From assembly GCA_038064475.1 (NCBI GenBank), contig JBBTTA010000007.1, positions 1 to 63,149 on the forward strand: a stretch of 63,149 nucleotides of DNA, given 5' to 3'. The DNA is from Patescibacteria group bacterium (GTDB taxonomy: Bacteria > Patescibacteriota > Minisyncoccia > Phycocordibacterales > EsbW-18). Both the position numbers and the translations under genes were made by a program. The notes under the pieces were generated by a model that saw only the letters and a list, made by a program, of their open reading frames with translations, ran no database searches and had not been told where the DNA came from. Shown here piece after piece: positions 59,224 to 63,149 of this stretch (positions within the stretch are counted from its first letter, which is position 1; each line of letters begins with the position of its first letter).

Positions 59224-61452
59224 TTATTCAAAATGAATATCAGCACGTGTAAGAACAGCCTCTCGAAGTAACGGGAGGCTTTTGAGTTCTGGGTCGCGCG
59301 CGATACAATCGCGCGCTTCATTGCGCGCCGCTTCAACCATTTTCAAATTGCGAAGCGCTTCCATACCAACGTCGGTGATACCCCATTGGCGTCCGCCGTA
59401 CAATTCTCCTGAACCACGAAGCTCTAAATCGCGTTCAGCGAGTTCGAAACCATTCATAGCTCCCGTAAGTGCTTTCAAGCGATCAACCGTTGTTTTTCCT
59501 TTTGATTCGCTGAAAAGAAAACAATATGCCTGATGTGTTGAGCGGAGCACTCGTCCGCGGAGCTGGTGGAGTTGTGAGAGACCAAAACGCTCAGCGCCTT
59601 CAATAATGATTGTCGTTGCATTTGGAACGTTTACGCCGACTTCGACAACGGATGTTGCAACGAGAATATTAATTTTTCCACGTGAAAAATCTTCCATGAC
59701 GGACTCTTTGTCTGCTGATTTCATTTTTCCGTGAAGAATTCCCAACGTGAGTTCAGGAAATACTTCTTTTGAGAGACGTTCTGCTTCTGCTTCAACTGAT
59801 TTTGCGCGAAGCGCCAATTCTTTTGTTGGATCTGGTTCATCAATGCGTGGACAAATAACGTACGCTTGTCGTCCCGTCGCAACTTCTTTTCGAATATGTT
59901 CATAAACGTCTTTTCTCTCTGAAGGTGGAACAATTTTTGTAATAATTTCTTTTCGTCCCGCAGGCATCTCATCAAGCAGTGTTAAATCAAGGTCACCGTA
60001 CACCGTGAGTGCCAATGTGCGGGGAATAGGGGTTGCTGTCATTGAAAGAAGGTGTGGCATTTTCCATGCCGTTTCATCTTTCACATCTGTTTTTCGCGCG
60101 AGCTCGGCGCGTTGGCGCGTACCAAAGCGATGCTGTTCGTCGATAATGACGTATGCGAGGTGTTTGAACTTAACTGCTTTTTGAATGAGCGCATGTGTGC
60201 CGATGAGAATTGGAATTTCGCCGTTTGCCACCCATTTCAAAAGCTGTGGGCGGGAGATATCTGTCCAACCATTCGGATTTAATTTCGAAGGGAATTTTTT
60301 GCATCCAGACGAAGTAAGAAGTCCAATTTGAATAGGAAGATCGCGGAAGTATTCAATAAATGATTCGAAATGTTGTGTTGCAAGAATTTCTGTTGGTGCC
60401 ATATAGGCAACTTGGAGGTTTCCGAAGTCTTTGTTCGCATCAGGGCGGCTTGTCACGACTGCATGTGCTGTTGTTGCCGCAACAAAGGTTTTTCCGCTTC
60501 CCACATCACCCTCAAGTAATCGTGACATTGCATGTGGTTTTAAAAAGTCATCAGTGATTTCATTCACTGCACGTGATTGACCTTTTGTTGGTGTGAAAGG
60601 GAAGCGACTAACGAACTCTTTTGTTTTTGTTTCATCAACTTTAACGTTCCATGTTGGCAAACTGTCGTTGTTTGCACGCTCCTGTTGTTTTTTGAGTTGT
60701 ATTAAAAACACTTCCTCAAATGCGAATCGTTTTCGTGCCGCAATACTGTCTTTTTCATTCTTTGGTGTATGAATCCAAACGAGCGCTGTCTTTAAGCTCG
60801 GCAAACTATATCGTTTAAGAATGTCTTCAGGGATTGGGTCTTGTACGACATCTGTTGATCCTGTCGAGAAGAGTTTTTGAAGTGCGTGGTATATCCAACG
60901 TGACGTGATGCCGCGTGTTTCGGGATAGACCGGAAACAATTCCCCTGAAGTTTTCAGAGACTCGGTCTCTGGGGCAGAGACCGAGTCTCTGAAAAGGCCT
61001 TTTGGTGTGATGGCACCGGCGGGGATTACTTCAATTTCAGGATTGATGATTGAACGACTACCGTTTTTCTCTGATAACTTTCCCGATACTTTTACGGAGG
61101 AACCTTCAGGAATCATTTTTGCGATGTATGGCTGATGCATCCATATTAATTTTATTTTTCCTGTGCCATCGTCAAGCATACCCTCTGCCATAGGAATTCT
61201 GCTACGAAATCCTTTTCGTATCTTGAGTTTTGTCACCGTGCCAAAAAATGTTGCTTTGTTTCCGGTAATTGCTTCAGTGACTGTTGTTCCATCACCCATA
61301 GAAACGTAGCGAGCAGGGAAGTGATAGAGAAGGTCAGACACAGTTTCAATGCCGAGACGCTTCAAAGCCTTTTCTTGTGGTTCAAGAATACGTACATGTT
61401 GTTTGAGGCGGTCATCAGCGTGCATGTGAGTATTGTACGTGAATGACATCAA
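59224..61452 (-). CDS. recG: ATP-dependent DNA helicase RecG
   Basis: Wedge/OB N-terminal domain. GDVGSGKT, DEQHRFG, SATPIPRT and QLRGRV motifs. Confidence 0.95.
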   Translation of the reverse strand: MMSFTYNTHMHADDRLKQHVRILEPQEKALKRLGIETVSDLLYHFPARYVSMGDGTTVTEAITGNKATFFGTVTKLKIRKGFRSRIPMAEGMLDDGTGKIKLIWMHQPYIAKMIPEGSSVKVSGKLSEKNGSRSIINPEIEVIPAGAITPKGLFRDSVSAPETESLKTSGELFPVYPETRGITSRWIYHALQKLFSTGSTDVVQDPIPEDILKRYSLPSLKTALVWIHTPKNEKDSIAARKRFAFEEVFLIQLKKQQERANNDSLPTWNVKVDETKTKEFVSRFPFTPTKGQSRAVNEITDDFLKPHAMSRLLEGDVGSGKTFVAATTAHAVVTSRPDANKDFGNLQVAYMAPTEILATQHFESFIEYFRDLPIQIGLLTSSGCKKFPSKLNPNGWTDISRPQLLKWVANGEIPILIGTHALIQKAVKFKHLAYVIIDEQHRFGTRQRAELARKTDVKDETAWKMPHLLSMTATPIPRTLALTVYGDLDLTLLDEMPAGRKEIITKIVPPSERKDVYEHIRKEVATGRQAYVICPRIDEPDPTKELALRAKSVEAEAERLSKEVFPELTLGILHGKMKSADKESVMEDFSRGKINILVATSVVEVGVNVPNATTIIIEGAERFGLSQLHQLRGRVLRSTHQAYCFLFSESKGKTTVDRLKALTGAMNGFELAERDLELRGSGELYGGRQWGITDVGMEALRNLKMVEAARNEARDCIARDPELKSLPLLREAVLTRADIHFE

Positions 61453-61494
61453 ATATTCCTTTACAGACTAAGGCCTAAAAGCCAGAAAGGGGGG

Positions 61495-61522
61495 TTGACA
61501 GCAAGCTTGTTTCGGCTATACT
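61495..61522 (+). promoter_or_regulatory. rRNA operon promoter
   Basis: TTGACA, a 16-nt spacer, then TATACT. A G-run lies upstream. Confidence 0.75.
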
Positions 61523-61542
61523 TACCAAGCCCTGAAAACAAC

Positions 61543-61576
61543 ACCCTGTTACCAGATGTGTTGGTAACAGGGTTTT
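61543..61576 (+). promoter_or_regulatory. Leader hairpin plus U-tract in the rRNA leader
   Basis: ACCCTGTTACCA-GATGTG-TTGGTAACAGGGT followed by TTT. Confidence 0.55.
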
Positions 61577-61754
61577 ACGTTCTTTGTCATCGCAGCATAA
61601 AGATAGAGTACAAATGTTGCCGGAAGGTGCCACCGCGCTTTCCGGCAGAAACCCGTCTATTTTCAAAACATAGACAAAAAGTGAATAAGAGAGAAATCGT
61701 TTTCGCGCTTTTTCTTTTGTTCCGTTCAATTCAAACACAGCGATGTGTTTATAT

Positions 61755-63149
<1,395 letters not shown>

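Overview
This 63-kb window looks like a reduced-genome bacterium of the Candidate Phyla Radiation (Patescibacteria, Parcubacteria-like). The evidence is a 16S gene with mismatches at the universal 341 and 515 primer sites and a roughly 110-nt expansion in helix 40. There is also no L30 gene between rpsE and rplO. Nearly all core genes lack a Shine-Dalgarno (SD) sequence. Gene content in order: tRNA-Val, rluA-like, rplS, tRNA-Leu and tRNA-His, then a CsoR-CopA copper island joined to a Cys-motif, thiol-redox-like envelope module. Next come envelope proteins (YceI, SIMPL, DUF3298-like), PilB with a seven-repeat beta-propeller surface protein, and tuf followed by the S10-spc ribosomal protein cluster through secY-adk-map. 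After that are a TraD/VirD4-like ATPase, ndk, a beta-CASP nuclease, infC-rpmI-rplT, tmRNA with smpB, ftsH, tRNA-Ile(UAU), an ABC exporter, an ECF sigma pair, recG and a partial 16S. Main observations: (1) Two paralogous structured leaders sit in front of rpsS and rpmI. Each has a long-range helix that covers the start codon, a competing local hairpin, and compensatory base changes between the copies. (2) The ribosomal superoperon is cut three times by foreign-looking islands. (3) Genes fall into two populations: SD-less native genes, and at least 12 self-contained cassettes with a consensus promoter, a strong SD, G/C-rich third codon positions and a terminator. (4) Short-word repeat families fill ribosomal intergenic spacers, extend into r-protein tails and recur inside the 16S expansion. 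(5) Terminator-like hairpins follow four strong translation-apparatus promoters. I found no CRISPR array, integrase, transposase or prophage. All functional calls rest on motif recognition by eye; no database search was run.
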